Source: Octopus vulgaris
Lineage: Eukaryota
Direction: 5' to 3'
Length of the DNA: 64,000 bases
Assembly (NCBI GenBank): GCA_951406725.2
Contig: OX597814.1
Span: 174,840,001-174,904,000 of the forward strand
The notes beneath the pieces are model-generated. The model ran no database searches and was not told where the DNA came from. It worked only from the letters and a program-made list of their open reading frames with translations. Each line of letters opens with the position of its first letter. The stretch's first letter is position 1. Shown piece after piece: positions 51,721-63,691 of the stretch. A program made the translations under genes and the position numbers.

Positions 51721-51956
51721 TAAGCTCATCATTTGACTGATATTTAATGCGAACAAAGAAATAAATGAATAAATTTGTTTGGGATATGTTTATTTTTTTT
51801 ATTGAAATATAATTTTGCTATAAACGATTTATTTATTCACATAATTTTAGCGCAGTTGTTTCAGTTCAATATTTTAACTAATTGTTCACTTAGCTTAGTT
51901 TTATTATAATTATGAATCACACTCCATACAATAGACGGTCCCTGGGTTCGTCAATA

Positions 51957-52161
51957 ATGGCGGAAGGTGGGGGTGAAGAAGGCGATGAAAATCCATTCTC
52001 TTATAAGAACTTTGTACATACTAAGGATAAAAACATTTTAACACCACAGAATGACGACGAATTCGAAAGATCTTCCCAAGGCAATGATATTTTGGACGGC
52101 ACTAATGCATTATTTCCCGACAATGATTTCACAAGTCCTGTTTGTCAGCCGGCCGAACAAG
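51957..52161 (+). CDS. ENTR1: ENTR1/SDCCAG3 homolog, coding exon 1 (MAEGGGEEGDENPFSYKNFV...PAEQ)
   Basis: ataATGGcg start context; NPFSxK motif; G|gtatat donor (phase 1) joins in frame to 54525. An upstream in-frame ATG at 51912 is possible. Confidence 0.85.
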
Positions 52162-53230
52162 GTATATGTTTGTAATATCAGTTGTTTTAGATTACTCATT
52201 ACTCAACTCAGCTTTTTTATTGTCTTTACTTTGTGTTTGCATCCTATATCTTTGTTATATTTACCAAATAGTTCATATATATATGTGTGAGTGTGTATAA
52301 ATATATAATATGTGCACACGCGCACACAAAGGATGTATATAATTATGCAATCTTTTCATAACTTCGCATATAAAACAATATAGTTGTAAGCTATATCACA
52401 TCTGCTGCATCACTTTTAAACATAAGATTCATTTTTATTAATTAAATTGATGACTTCACGAAGATTAATAAGCGAAAAAAACTAAAACGACAGTTTCGCT
52501 TCATGAATTTAGAACCTAAAAAGCAATATTTACCATAATATAATCGTATGTGCAAGACAACAAAGGAATCTTTCACTATACAGTTGCTTGACCAGCAAGA
52601 AATAACCATGAAACCTTCCTGGAATCACACCCTATCGTCTTAAAAATAAAGAAGACTTTAAACAACGTAGTCTTTGATATATAAAAAAGACGGGAAAGTC
52701 ATGCCTGAAACGTCTTCTATCATAGGTCTGCTTGATCATGGCTGACCCAGAATTAAACAACAATAGCTTCTATAAAGTAAATAATTTCCATTAATTAAGC
52801 TTTATTAACATTATATCTTCCTGTATTTAACGGGTCTTTCGATTCATACAATTTTGATTGTATTGTAAATAATGGGACCTCCTCCCCGTCTCAGACATAT
52901 TGCTCTGTACCTTGCCAACGAACTTTGTGATAATACCTCAACTTTTAGTACTGTTTAGTATTCTAACAAATTGGTTTAGTATTTTTATCTCTACGGTTTA
53001 TAGAATATTTTGCATTCTTCTAGGTCAGTATTTTTCAGTGTGTGTATATTATTAATACCAAACTTTAAGTACCAAAGGTGGGTTATTCCAGCATCTACGC
53101 CCCTTTTCAAATATGAAAACATTGTCTTTTGTTTATTTTTCTAACCCTATTTGAAATTTAAGAATTTATTAGTGGTTCTGTTACACACACCTGTGTGTTA
53201 AAAAAGTAAAGGAATTAAATTTTTGCTAAA

Positions 53231-53260
53231 TTGTGTTAATATCAACGGATATTAACACAA
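53231..53260. repeat. Perfect 13-bp hairpin
   Basis: ttgtgttaatatc-aacg-gatattaacacaa. Confidence 0.85.
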
Positions 53261-54133
53261 AAATCTTTCTCTCTCTCTCTCTCATTTATATATTCATATA
53301 TATTCATTCTTTCTTTAATTAGCAAAAAAGTAACCTACAAAACGCATTTTAAGCTGGACTCCAGTGTACGACTGTCTCACTTTTTAGTCTTCTTTTCGTT
53401 TGTTATTTCACTGTCTGGTCGCTGTGAATATATATAAATTTATATATATATATATATTAACGTGTATATATAAAGTCATATATATTCTTAAATGTGAGTG
53501 AGGGACAATGGACATGGCCAAATCAGTAGTAGAATGCCAGACTGGTTGCTTTATAGCTCATTGTTCTTAGGTCAGATCTTATTAGGATCGTCTTTCGTCT
53601 TTCCAAAGCCAAAATAAAAAGTATAATATAAACTAGGTTGAGTCAATCGATTATATATCCCTCTGTTAAAAAATTGTATATAGTAAAACATAAAAAATCA
53701 ATATCGATTTCTTTTGAATTGTCACCAGGCCTAGTGTTCTTTAGAAGATTTAGTCATCAAAATTAACAATGTATTTAGGCCTGTTTACTTCACTATTTAT
53801 ACCCCTTACAATTTATAAGAGTTATTCGGCGGCACCTCTCCTGAGAAAGGTTTGCTTTTTTAGAAACTTAATCGTATCGTTTCACGTGTGGTTGAGGAAC
53901 TTGCTTCCCAACCATGTAATCTTTAGCCCCCACTGCACGGTACCTTTTACTATATAACTCCAGACTGACCAAAGCCTTGTTATTGCATTTGGTAGATGGA
54001 AACTGAAAGAAACCTGTCAAAAATGTGTATGTGTGTATATATAAACACACACACACACGCTCGAGTAAGTAGACAAAGGAAAGAAAAGGGTATTCAACAC
54101 ATTTAGTAGGAGTTACATGTATTATTTAAAAAC

Positions 54134-54256
54134 AGTTTGATTCGGTTCGGTGCTACTTCAAGTTTCGCAGGCCCCTAACGGGCGTCAGAAACCTGAGATA
54201 GTTGGGTTCCCGTTAGGGCCTGCAGAACTTGAAGTAGCTTAGAACCGAATCAAACT
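54134..54256. repeat. About 48-bp imperfect inverted repeat in ENTR1 intron
   Basis: agtttgattcggttc..gctacttcaagtt..gcaggccc.taacggg / cccgttagggcctgc..aacttgaagtagc..gaaccgaatcaaact. Confidence 0.9.
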
Positions 54257-54524
54257 TTTTAATAATAATAATAATTATTATCATTATATATAAAATCATG
54301 TAGCAACACCAAATGGCGGTGCCCCAGCATGGCCACAGCTCGTGAGCTGAAACTAGATAAAAATAAAATGATATTGTCTATTGGTATAAAAATATTTTAT
54401 GGTATTTCTTCAAATGTAATTTTCAAATTTAAGAATTGTGCGTTGCTTAATCTTATCAAAGTTAATTAGTATGTTTTTCTTTTAGCATTTGCTAACCGAT
54501 ATCTGTTTTAAAAATCAATTTCAG

Positions 54525-55066
54525 ATGGAAAATCAAAACCCAAAAAGAAATCTTCAGATGGAAATCCATTTTCATTCAAAAAATTCCTTGCACATTCTGG
54601 TTCTAAGAATCGCCGTCATAATGGTCCTGCACATGACCTACCTGATTTTGTACAGGATCACTACTTCGGAGACACATCTCGAGACCGCAATGTCTTGGAT
54701 CTGGACCTTCCAAATTGCATTTTGAGTTCTAATTATGTTAGTGGTGCTTCTGATTTGAACAACTCAAAAAACGATTTAAGTAATCATGAAGCTCAGGAAA
54801 GGCGCAGGACTTTGTTGGGGGAAAACCAAATTAGGAATGAACTGACAAACACTTCTCCAAATATTGAAAATGATTTATCATTTAAGACTGAGTCAGAAGA
54901 TTCTCAACCTCAGTTAGCTTCTAGTCTTCCCGATTTTCTTTCTGATGGCGCTTTTGTAAATAATAATGATAACACCCGGTACCCTGCCATAACTGTTCAA
55001 GTTAATCAGGGCCGTCAGATGGCTGCTCTGCAAATTAATGGTGATACAGAACTAGAATTGAGAAGA
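54525..55066 (+). CDS. ENTR1: ENTR1/SDCCAG3 homolog, coding exon 2 (DGKSKPKKKSSDGNPFSFKKFL..LPDFVQDH..SLPDFLSD..ELELRR)
   Basis: gctaac branch point; tttcag acceptor; 542-nt open frame; AGA|gtaagt donor (phase 0). Confidence 0.9.
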
Positions 55067-55364
55067 GTAAGTTTGCTTTCTGTTCCTTATTTATCAGTAA
55101 TAAAATTGTTTTTTATTGTTTGTTTCTTTTATTGACAGCTTCTTTAATCTTTTTAGTGCTAAACCTACTTGTGACCACCCATACTAAAGTGTTCGTATAT
55201 AAATTAAAATCTCAATCCAAATCTCATTATAACTTGAATGATAATGTAATGTTTCACTTGGAAGCCCTTCCAAAATCTTGATTATATTGAATTAGACAGG
55301 TAATCTATTCATTAGAAGTAGAGTCATGAGACATCTATCTTTGTTCTTTAATATTACATGTGTA

Positions 55365-56340
55365 TCATCATCATCATTAATATATCCACTTTTTCATGCT
55401 TGCATGGGTTGAACAAGTTTTCTCCGACACATCTTGCCATACACTATGTTCCTTTGTCAATTTTGGGATACTCAACATCCTGAAATCATCACTTCTATCC
55501 ATGTCTTCCTTGATTTTCTTCTACATTTTCCTTTGGCTTGGATACTCTGGCATATCTTTTACCCATCTGTTATGATCCATTTATATTGCACATCCATACT
55601 AATATAGTCTTCTCTCTTACACATTATATGTAATACCTCTTCAACTCAGTTTATCTCTCAGCTTTTTGTACCACATTACTGAAGCATATTAACATTATAC
55701 ATCCAGTAGACCATGTATGCTTCATCTCCCTCCATTCCTTGTACTTCCTATGCTAATAGCATACATTGTACCTTATCCTCAAAGAGAGAATACCCTTGTT
55801 GCTAGAAAAAGTAGTTGCTCCCTGAACTTTTCTCATTCTAGCTGCTATGCTTTCAGTGTACCTTCCTTCACAGTTTATTAGATTGTCTAGATAACATAAG
55901 CTTTCAATTACTTCTGTGGAACCATCCAAACATTGAAAATGATTCAATTTACTTGTACTCTAACTGCTAGCTACCCCTGTACATCTATCATACAAAGTCT
56001 TCATTCAGTGTCAACCTGCCTGTGCAACTCTTGTGCATCCATGTTTCACATCATGTACACCATGTGGAGTCCCTATTAACTACTTCTAAGTCTTCCCCAC
56101 ACTCTGCTATAAGAACTGGGTCATTGGCATAGTTCCCATAGACAGCCAGTTTTAAATTCCTCTGTTATAGCTTGAATTATAAATAGAAGGGTGCTGAAAA
56201 CTGAGTTTGATGAGTGCTTGCCTGCATACCAAATTCTTCATTGAACTCAATTCCAACTCTCAATTTGCTGACTGTATTTCTTCAGAAAGACTACAAGACT
56301 GCAAACCGTGTGGGGTACTCTGTCAAAGGCCTTCTCTAGA
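55365..56340 (-). mobile_element. Decayed RTE-clade LINE fragment
   Basis: RT remnants (YAND, from the YADD motif), EVIESLCYLDNLI..ESIAARMR, and a (CAT)n tail at the left. Confidence 0.75.
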
Positions 56341-56911
56341 TCAATTAATGTTAAAACCTCCTCTTGAAGTTATTTTGCACAAATCTGAACTGCATCTTAT
56401 CTAAACTAATTCTCTTCCTAATCAATTGTGTTGATACTCTTTCTGTTATTTTTATAATGAAGTCCATCAATTTGATGCTTCTACAGTTGCTTCTTTCAAA
56501 AGCATCTTTGCTCATGAAGCAGTTGCATATTATATTGCTATAGCAATCATTGGGTATAAGACCTCCCTATATTATCTGGTTGATTATATGAGTGACTAAC
56601 TTAAGTCCTACTACTTCAGCCACTATACCTGATAGACTTGCTGCTTTCCTCATATTTTATTCCGTTTGACTGTATTTCTGAAATGAGATAACAACTTAAA
56701 TTTTTCTTAATTGTCTACTTGGAAGCTGTGTTTCTACTTATAGTGCTTTAACACTCTTAATCATTGGATCACTATCTCTAAGACTGTTTATTAATGTAAT
56801 TTAGAGACATTTCGGTCAATTCCAATAATGACAGCCATATTCTACTGGAGTCTGTATACCAAGCTTATTGAATATTCCATTGTTGTTGCATAGCTCCAAT
56901 GTTTGAAGAAT

Positions 56912-57064
56912 GCGTTGTGAGTTCAAATCCCGCCGAGGTCGACTTTGCCTTTCATCCTTTTGGGGGTCGATAAATTAAGTACCAGATATGCACTGGGGTC
57001 GATGTAATTGACTTAATCCGTTTGTCTGTCCTTGTTTAGCCCCTTGTAGACAGTAAAGAAATAG
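56912..57064 (+). mobile_element. SINE family C, 5'-truncated
   Basis: High similarity to ~61055-61221. Confidence 0.85.
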
Positions 57065-57794
57065 GTATGTGTGATGTGGTCTGCATACAAAGCTGTATGT
57101 ATGTTTTATGGGGGTGTAGGAAAATTGTGTAGTTATAAGTTGAAAACAGCAGGTGAGAGGAATTGCATATTTTTAAAGTGTTGCTCTTGTGCACTTCTTA
57201 GACCTGACAGCTGGTTTGCAAATCATTGTTTTGTATTGTTTCTTAAAAAACAACACAAAAGGTTCTGAAAATGCTTGTAAATATAGAGCTCCTGAAGATG
57301 ATTGTTGATTGAATTAAAATGCATTGCAGCAGACACAAATACTCCAAAAATAAGGCTGATAGCATGAAAATTATCAGAACTTTTTCCACTTCCTTCTTAT
57401 TCTCACTGTTATTTCACATTTGCAAACTAAAATATGAAGAAAAATATTTCCTTCATATTACTGAAGAATAGGTATTCTACATGTAAAGTTACAGGTTCAG
57501 TCACTGGTCAAGGATATCATTCTTCACTTAGCTTCTTCATCTACCCAATGTTTACAGCTTCAGCAGCTGCTGTTGTTAACCATTAGGCACCTGAAAATGT
57601 TCCTCAGTTGTGTTGTTCCTGTTCTCCCACTTTCTATGTGTTGAATGGCAACCAAAGTGGTTTGAACAGATTCTAATAATGCATTTCTACAGTATACTTG
57701 AATTTTCTGGAGCTTGGAAGCATACACTGCCATTGGAGCATGCTTGCTTCATTTCTTTCTATCATTTACAAATCTGCATTCAAAACTCATATTT

Positions 57795-58025
57795 TACTAT
57801 CAAGCAGCACTGCACATTGTACTTGAGAATCATATAATCTGCCCTTTACTCTGAGCGAGAAACCATCTATCATTAGAAGAGGTAATACCACCTTGAACTT
57901 TTTCCACTTCCTTCTTATTCTGACTACTATGCTTTCATAGTGCCTACCTCCACTACTAATTAGCTTATCTAGGAAATAAAAACTATCAATTACTTCTAAG
58001 GAGCTTTCTGAGCATTTGAAGGAAT
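57795..58025 (-). mobile_element. RTE LINE fragment
   Basis: LEVIDSFYFLDKLISSGG..VRIRRKWKKFK..LRVKGRLYD, homologous to 50322-50903. Confidence 0.8.
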
Positions 58026-59445
58026 TTATTTCACATGTACTCATACTTCTAACTACTCAGCCATAGATATGATTTTATCATTGGCCTGTGTGAATATGAT
58101 TTGCATTGGAAATAGTAAATAAGGTGCATACTTGTGTACCATGCGAAGTAGTAACTAACATTTTGGACAAGGCTCTTTGTATTTGAAGAGATAACATTGG
58201 AGCTATGCTGCAAGAATGGAATCTTCAATAAGCTTAGTGTACAAACTTACCTTGCACTTCAGTATACAGCTATTCGGTTTTTATTTCTTTCGTTAGTTGT
58301 TTTCAAGTTATGTAGGAGCTGTCATAATTTTTGTTACAATGAGAAAGCCTCTCTACAGTCACTTGAAATAAAATCAAAGCTCCTTTAAATCACTTCTCAC
58401 TGTCTTAGAAAAGGACATGATGGATACTGAAGTCCCTGCAGATGGAGGTAAAAAAATGACAAGTTGGTCATGGCTAGCGTGTTTTTGATAATTGGTCTGC
58501 TTGACTTGGAGCTAAACAATACAGACCAGGTGGGTGATATATCAGAACATGTGATGTCAAAAGCATTTGCTCTAATCTCCCATCACTATTTATTATCATT
58601 ATCTTTTATGCAGTTATTCACAAAATATAGCAGCATTTCTCTTCTTTTACTGTTGTCAGTAAATTTACTGTATTTTTCGTACTCCTTTATGTTTTTGAAT
58701 CATAAAGACATTTTCTCCAAAGGTGGGATGCTATATTATTGCAGGCATGTTGCAATGAGAAAATTTAATACAGCATTACAAAACAAAAATAAGATATCAC
58801 CATGCAGTATCCAAGCTATTTACTTGAGTTTTATGAGCATTATCAGTAACATAGTACATAGGTAGTAACTGGAAAAGAATTGTTGAACTTCTAGACAGTA
58901 GGATAGCATCATAACATTTTAATAGATAATAATTCTCAATTTTCTTGATTTCTTTATTAATGTTAATTATTCAGGCGTTATCCTAGTAAAAAATATATAC
59001 TTAATAAATTCCATCCATATCAAGTTCTCTAGATTTCTTTATACAACAGACACCATCCATAAACATCTCATGCCTATACCAGCATACTCTGTACTTTCTT
59101 TGGTGAAAGATTTTAATTTAAAACTTATGAAAACAAGACATTTGTACTCAGAGCCAGAGCCGGTTTCAGCCAGGTTGGTGACAAAAGTGTTAATTTATTT
59201 TTAAAGTAACATTTAAAAATTCCATCTCTCTTATTTCATGAAAAATTTGAAAAGTACACTGTAAAGTGGTTGGTGTTAGAAAGGGCATCCAGCCCTAGAA
59301 ACCATGCCAAAACAGATATGGAGCTCAGGCAGCTCTTCAGCTGGCCAGCTCATGTCAAACCATCCGACCCATGCCAACATGGAAAATGGATGTTAACTGA
59401 TGATGATGTTACTTTTCTCTTAAGTAACAAAATAATTAATTAATA

Positions 59446-59654
59446 CAAACAGATGCAGCATGGATTTTTGTCAGTGAACAGGTCGCAGTCTTAAAGCGAT
59501 GAAAATATTTTGACAAATTAAATTTAAATATTGAAGTGAATCGTACAGCTTTTGTGTGTTTCTTAAATGGCTTACAAACGCCTTCCACGCTGCAATTGTT
59601 TTCATTTCAGCACACGATCTCGGATCAAATCACTTGCTATGCAAGTACATCTCC
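59446..59654 (+). mobile_element. 209-bp insertion flanked by a 14-bp direct repeat, carrying a hammerhead-like motif (retrozyme-like)
   Basis: ataattaattaata at 59432-59445 and 59655-59668; CpG-containing interior. Confidence 0.6.
59467..59517 (+). ncRNA. Variant minimal type I hammerhead ribozyme (G3:C8 core)
   Basis: tttgtca-GTGAACA-g-gtcgc(agtcttaaa)gcgat-GAAA-atat-T-T-tgacaaa: perfect 7-bp stem I, 5-bp stem II, palindromic AATATT stem III. Confidence 0.6.
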
Positions 59655-59718
59655 ATAATTAATTAATAGAGAGTGAGATAATACAGTTTTTACTTTAATA
59701 TAATTTTCTTTCTTGCAG

Positions 59719-59792
59719 CTTCGAGAAGAGAACTGTGAACTGCGCAAAGAACTTTGTAAAGCTCAGCAACAAGCAGCAAAAGAGGCAAATAG
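59719..59792 (+). CDS. ENTR1: ENTR1 coding exon 3 (LREENCELRKELCKAQQQAAKEANR; coiled coil)
   Basis: ttttctttcttgcag acceptor; AG|gtaagc donor; phase 0 in, phase 2 out. Confidence 0.9.
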
Positions 59793-60062
59793 GTAAGCGT
59801 TTGAAAAGATTTGATTTTGATGTGTCTGTTCTTAATGAATGTCTAAATAAATTTATAATGTTAATAGTTCATAGAAAATTTACTCAGCTATCACAAGTTC
59901 ACATAAGTTTTCTGTGACATCTTTTCTAGTAACCATTTGCTAGGTGTTGAAATATTAGTATCAGTGAGACATCAGTCTTATGGAACTGTGTTGATAATTA
60001 ATGCTGGTGGTGAGGTGAAAGTTGGTCATGTTTGTCTGTTAGTGATGTTTTCTACGTAGTAA

Positions 60063-60260
60063 GGGCAGTGAGTTGGCAGAATCATTAGCATGCCAGGCAG
60101 GATGCTTAGTGGCATTTTGTTCTGAGTTCAAATTCTGCCAAGGTCAACTTTGCCTTTCATCTTTTTGGGGTCTATAAATTAAGTACCAGTTGAGCACTGG
60201 AATTGATGTAATTGACCCCCACCCCAAATTGCTGTTCTTGTGCCAAAATTTGAAAACAAT
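60063..60260 (+). mobile_element. SINE family C-related, diverged
   Basis: ggcagtgagttggcagaatcattagc..ttgcctttcatc..aagtaccagt. Confidence 0.75.
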
Positions 60261-60989
60261 ATTTTCTATCAGTTTTAAAATATAAAAAGCTGCCATCAAA
60301 ATGACTTTGTAATGTAAAATCCAATCTAGATTACTGGAAATGTTCCTTAATTAGAGATCAGTATCTTTACTTTGACTGCAGAAATTAAAAAAGTTTATTA
60401 GTAGCTCTTAAATTCTTAATTTGAAATGTATTGATCCTTTTATTCTATATTTTTGGATTTGGCCATTACTGGTAGAAAATATTAAGTCATATTTTGTTAC
60501 AATAATTATTTATGTAAAAATATTGATCTTATTTTCAATAATATGTAAAAACAAAACTATTTTTTGAACTAACACAGTCTATTATATTTTATTGTATGTA
60601 ATGTGCTGGAAATCATTATGTAGTTATGAGACCATCACAAACTACATCATACTAAACCTCAGATTAGTTCTGAACTGTTCTATGACCAAAGACATTTCTA
60701 ATTTCACCATCTGGACTGCATTTTCCAATGTGTAATTTTTTTTTTAATCTTAAAACAATTGGGTGTAATTTGAGGAAGATTTAGCTTCTATTTCTAACAG
60801 TTTAAATGACAATGTAAAGACTCCTTTGGTGGCTCCTCATCTTCATGTGCTTATTGCAAGTAGTAGTTTCCCCATTACTTTCCCAGGTATTGTGAAAAAA
60901 AAAAATTATTTGTCACCTATTTTGCATTACTTACAAGAATGAAGTGTGCTATTTGTGGTTCCTCTGTTTGACTATAAGGATAGTTAATT

Positions 60990-61221
60990 AGGCAGTGAGC
61001 TGGCAGAAACGTTAGCCCACCGGGCGAAATGCGTAGCCGTATTTCATCTGCCGTTATGTTCTGGGCTCAAATTCCACCAAGGTCGACTTTGCCTTTCATC
61101 CTTTCGGGGTCGATAAATTAAGTACCAGTTATGCACTGGGGTCGATGTAATCGACTTAATCCGTTTGTCTGTCCTTGTTTGTCCCCTCTGTGTTTAGCTC
61201 CTCGTGGATAGTAAAGAAATA
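60990..61221 (+). mobile_element. tRNA-derived SINE family C, full length with 17-bp TSD
   Basis: TSD tataaggatagttaatt at 60973-60989 and 61222-61238; CpG-rich, young-looking copy. Confidence 0.92.
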
Positions 61222-61355
61222 TATAAGGATAGTTAATTGTCTGCAGTAAGGATACACAATTGCATAGCTGGAGGTTAGGTACAATCTAATTAACTACAGT
61301 ATTTAAATTGTGTGCTAGGAAATATTAATCTGAGGTAAATATTTATCATTTCTAG

Positions 61356-61467
61356 AGTCAACAAAGTTCTGAAAGAGATGGAAGAAAAACAGAAGTGTGA
61401 AAAGCAAGAAACAGAAGACCTTGAGAAGATCATCCAGCAAGTGGAGGCAAATCTTGAGACAACTACC
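61356..61467 (+). CDS. ENTR1: ENTR1 coding exon 4 (VNKVLKEMEEKQKCEKQETEDLEKIIQQVEANLETTT); gene continues beyond window
   Basis: tcatttctag acceptor (phase 2); ACC|gtgagt donor; ETEDLE..QQVE.NLE matches the ENTR1/SDCCAG3 coiled-coil motif LE.VVQQVEQNLE as recalled. Confidence 0.9.
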
Positions 61468-61680
61468 GTGAGTTACAAGATAAATAGTAATTTTTACTGG
61501 GAAACCCCCAACCACTTTATAATTGTGAGGTTTCTATAATGTAGTGAGAATGAATTACCTATAGATGCCTTCTGCATGAAAAATATTAAATTAATATTGA
61601 TAAGTAGGAATTAAAAAGCATAATTAGAAATAGTTATGCATAGGTATGTCATACAAACGAGTTGTTATAGGTGCAGGGTG

Positions 61681-62003
61681 AGGGCGCGTGGCTTAGTGGT
61701 TAGGGCATTCGGCTCATGATCGTAAGGTTGTGAGTTCGATTCCCAGCGACGCGTTGTGTCCTTGAGCAAGACACTTTATTTCACGTTGCTCCAGTCCACT
61801 CAGCTGGCAAAAATGAGTTGTACTTGTATTTCAAAGGGTCAGCCTTGTCACTCTCTGTGTCACACTGATTATCCCCGAGAACTACATTAAGGGTACACGT
61901 GTCTGTGGAATGCTCAGCCATTTGCACGTTAATTTCACGAGCAAGCTGTTCCGTTGATCGTATCAGCTGGGACCCTCGTCGTCGTAACCAGCGGAGTCTT
62001 TTT
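61681..62003 (+). mobile_element. tRNA-derived SINE family D inserted into the head of a family A SINE
   Basis: A box TGGCTTAGTGG; B box GTTCGATTCC; core gtgtccttgagcaagacact; TSD ttataggtgcagg at 61665 and 62004. Confidence 0.85.
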
Positions 62004-62008
62004 TTATA

Positions 62009-62184
62009 GGTGCAGGAGTGGCTGTGTAGTAAGTAGCTTGCTTACCAACCACATGGTTCTGGGTTCAGTCCCACTGTGTGGCACCTTGAGCAAGAGTCTT
62101 CTACTGTAGCCTCGGGCCAACCAAAGCCTTGTGAGTGGATTTGGTATATGGAAACTGAAAAGAAGCCTGTCGTATATATGTGTG

Positions 62185-62236
<52 letters not shown>

Positions 62237-62430
62237 TTTGTCCCCCCAACATAGCTTAACAACCAATGCTGGTGTTTACGTCCTTGTAACTTAGTGGTTT
62301 GGTAAAAGAGACAGATAGAATAAGTACTAGGCTTACAAAGAATAAGTCCTGGTGTTGATTTACTCGACTAAAGGTGATGCTCCAGCATGGCCACAGTCAA
62401 ATGACTGAAACAAGTAAAAGAGTAAAGTAA
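62009..62430 (+). mobile_element. SINE family A, full length
   Basis: Head, (TA)n middle and tail ccagcatggccacagtcaaatgactgaaacaagtaaaagagtaaag. Confidence 0.88.
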
Positions 62431-62639
62431 AATATTAGTCAATGAATTTTTTTCCTCACTAGGGGAGGTATGGGTGTGTGGCTAAGAAGTTTGCTTTCTG
62501 ATTCCACTATGTGACACCTTGGGCAAGTGTCTTCTATTGTTGCTCCAGGCTGACCAGATCTACTGTGAGTAGATTTAGTAGGAAGAATCTGAAAAGCTTG
62601 TTGTATATGTGTTGCCCATGCTTAGGCATCACATGCTGG

Positions 62640-62846
62640 TTATAAATTAGTGTCGTTGTCATACAAACGAGTTGTTCATTTCCAGTCTCCCATGAAAAAC
62701 ATGTCTAGCCATGGGGAAATATTACCTTGCTTGGAAACAAGTAAAGGTTGGTGACAGGAAGGCATTTGGCCATAGAAAATCTGCCTCAACAAATTCCATA
62801 TAACCCTTGCAAGCATGGAAAAGTGGACGTTAAATGATGGTGGTGA
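62640..62846 (+). mobile_element. (GAT)n-tailed SINE, second family
   Basis: Ends gcaagcatggaaaagtggacgttaaatgatg; homologous to 19975-20200. Confidence 0.75.
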
Positions 62847-62978
62847 TATTTCATGGAGGAATTAAAAAGTTAATTAGAAATAATTACACATGAAGAAAAA
62901 TGATTTTAGTCAATAGCAAATATTTTTTTTTTCCTAATTAGTTTTTTAATGCTCTCAATTTTAACCCTTTAGCATTTT

Positions 62979-63432
62979 AATTGGCCGGCATCTGTGCTAG
63001 TGGAGCACTAAGAGTACCATACGAGCGTGATCGTTGCCAGAGCAACAAGCTGGCCTCTGTGCCGGTGGCGCATAAAAAAGACCATTTGAATGTGATGGTC
63101 ATCTGCGTCGCCTTACTGGCACGTGAAAAAACACTCAAGCGAGGTCGTTGCCAGTGCCGCTGGACTGGCTCCTGTGCAGGTGGCACATGAAAAGCACCAT
63201 TTCAGCGTGGCTGTTGCCAGTACCACCTGACTGGCTCTCGTGCCGGTGGCATGTAAAAGCACCCACTACACTCTCGGAGTGGTTGGCTTTAGGAAGGGCA
63301 TCCAGCTGTAGAAACTCTGCCAGATCAGATTGGAGTCTGGTGTAGCCATCTGGTTTGCCAGACCTCAGTCAAATCATCCAACCAATGCTAGCATGGAAAG
63401 CGGACGTTAAACGATGATAATGATCATGATGA
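62979..63432 (+). mobile_element. SINE family B long copy, apparently inserted into a TTAA-CCCTTT MITE starting at 62961
   Basis: Homologous to 21852-22311; left flank TTAACCCTTTAGCATT; non-SINE sequence resumes at ~63433-63620. Confidence 0.8.
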
Positions 63433-63691
63433 TATCAGACCCAAATATTCTACCTGTTTTATGTTCACACTGGCCAGATCTGGCCTTCTCACACCTACCC
63501 TACAATGTCATTTTAAAAATAAACAATCACATCATCAAAATCTTCAAGCTATGAGATAATATATGATTAATTCAGAACAATGTGAATAAATAAGCATTGT
63601 ATTTGATAAAAACACTAAACTATTGTTTGTCAAGGCAGGTGGCGTCTCAGTTATTTATGCTTCAAATAATGTTTTTTTACAACAACCAATA

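Noticed and set aside
54489-54725. ORF MLTDICFKNQ...
   Set aside because: Off-frame overlap of ENTR1 exon 2.
61681-61750. tRNA-like sequence
   Set aside because: SINE head: continues into a SINE core and tail and is flanked by a TSD.
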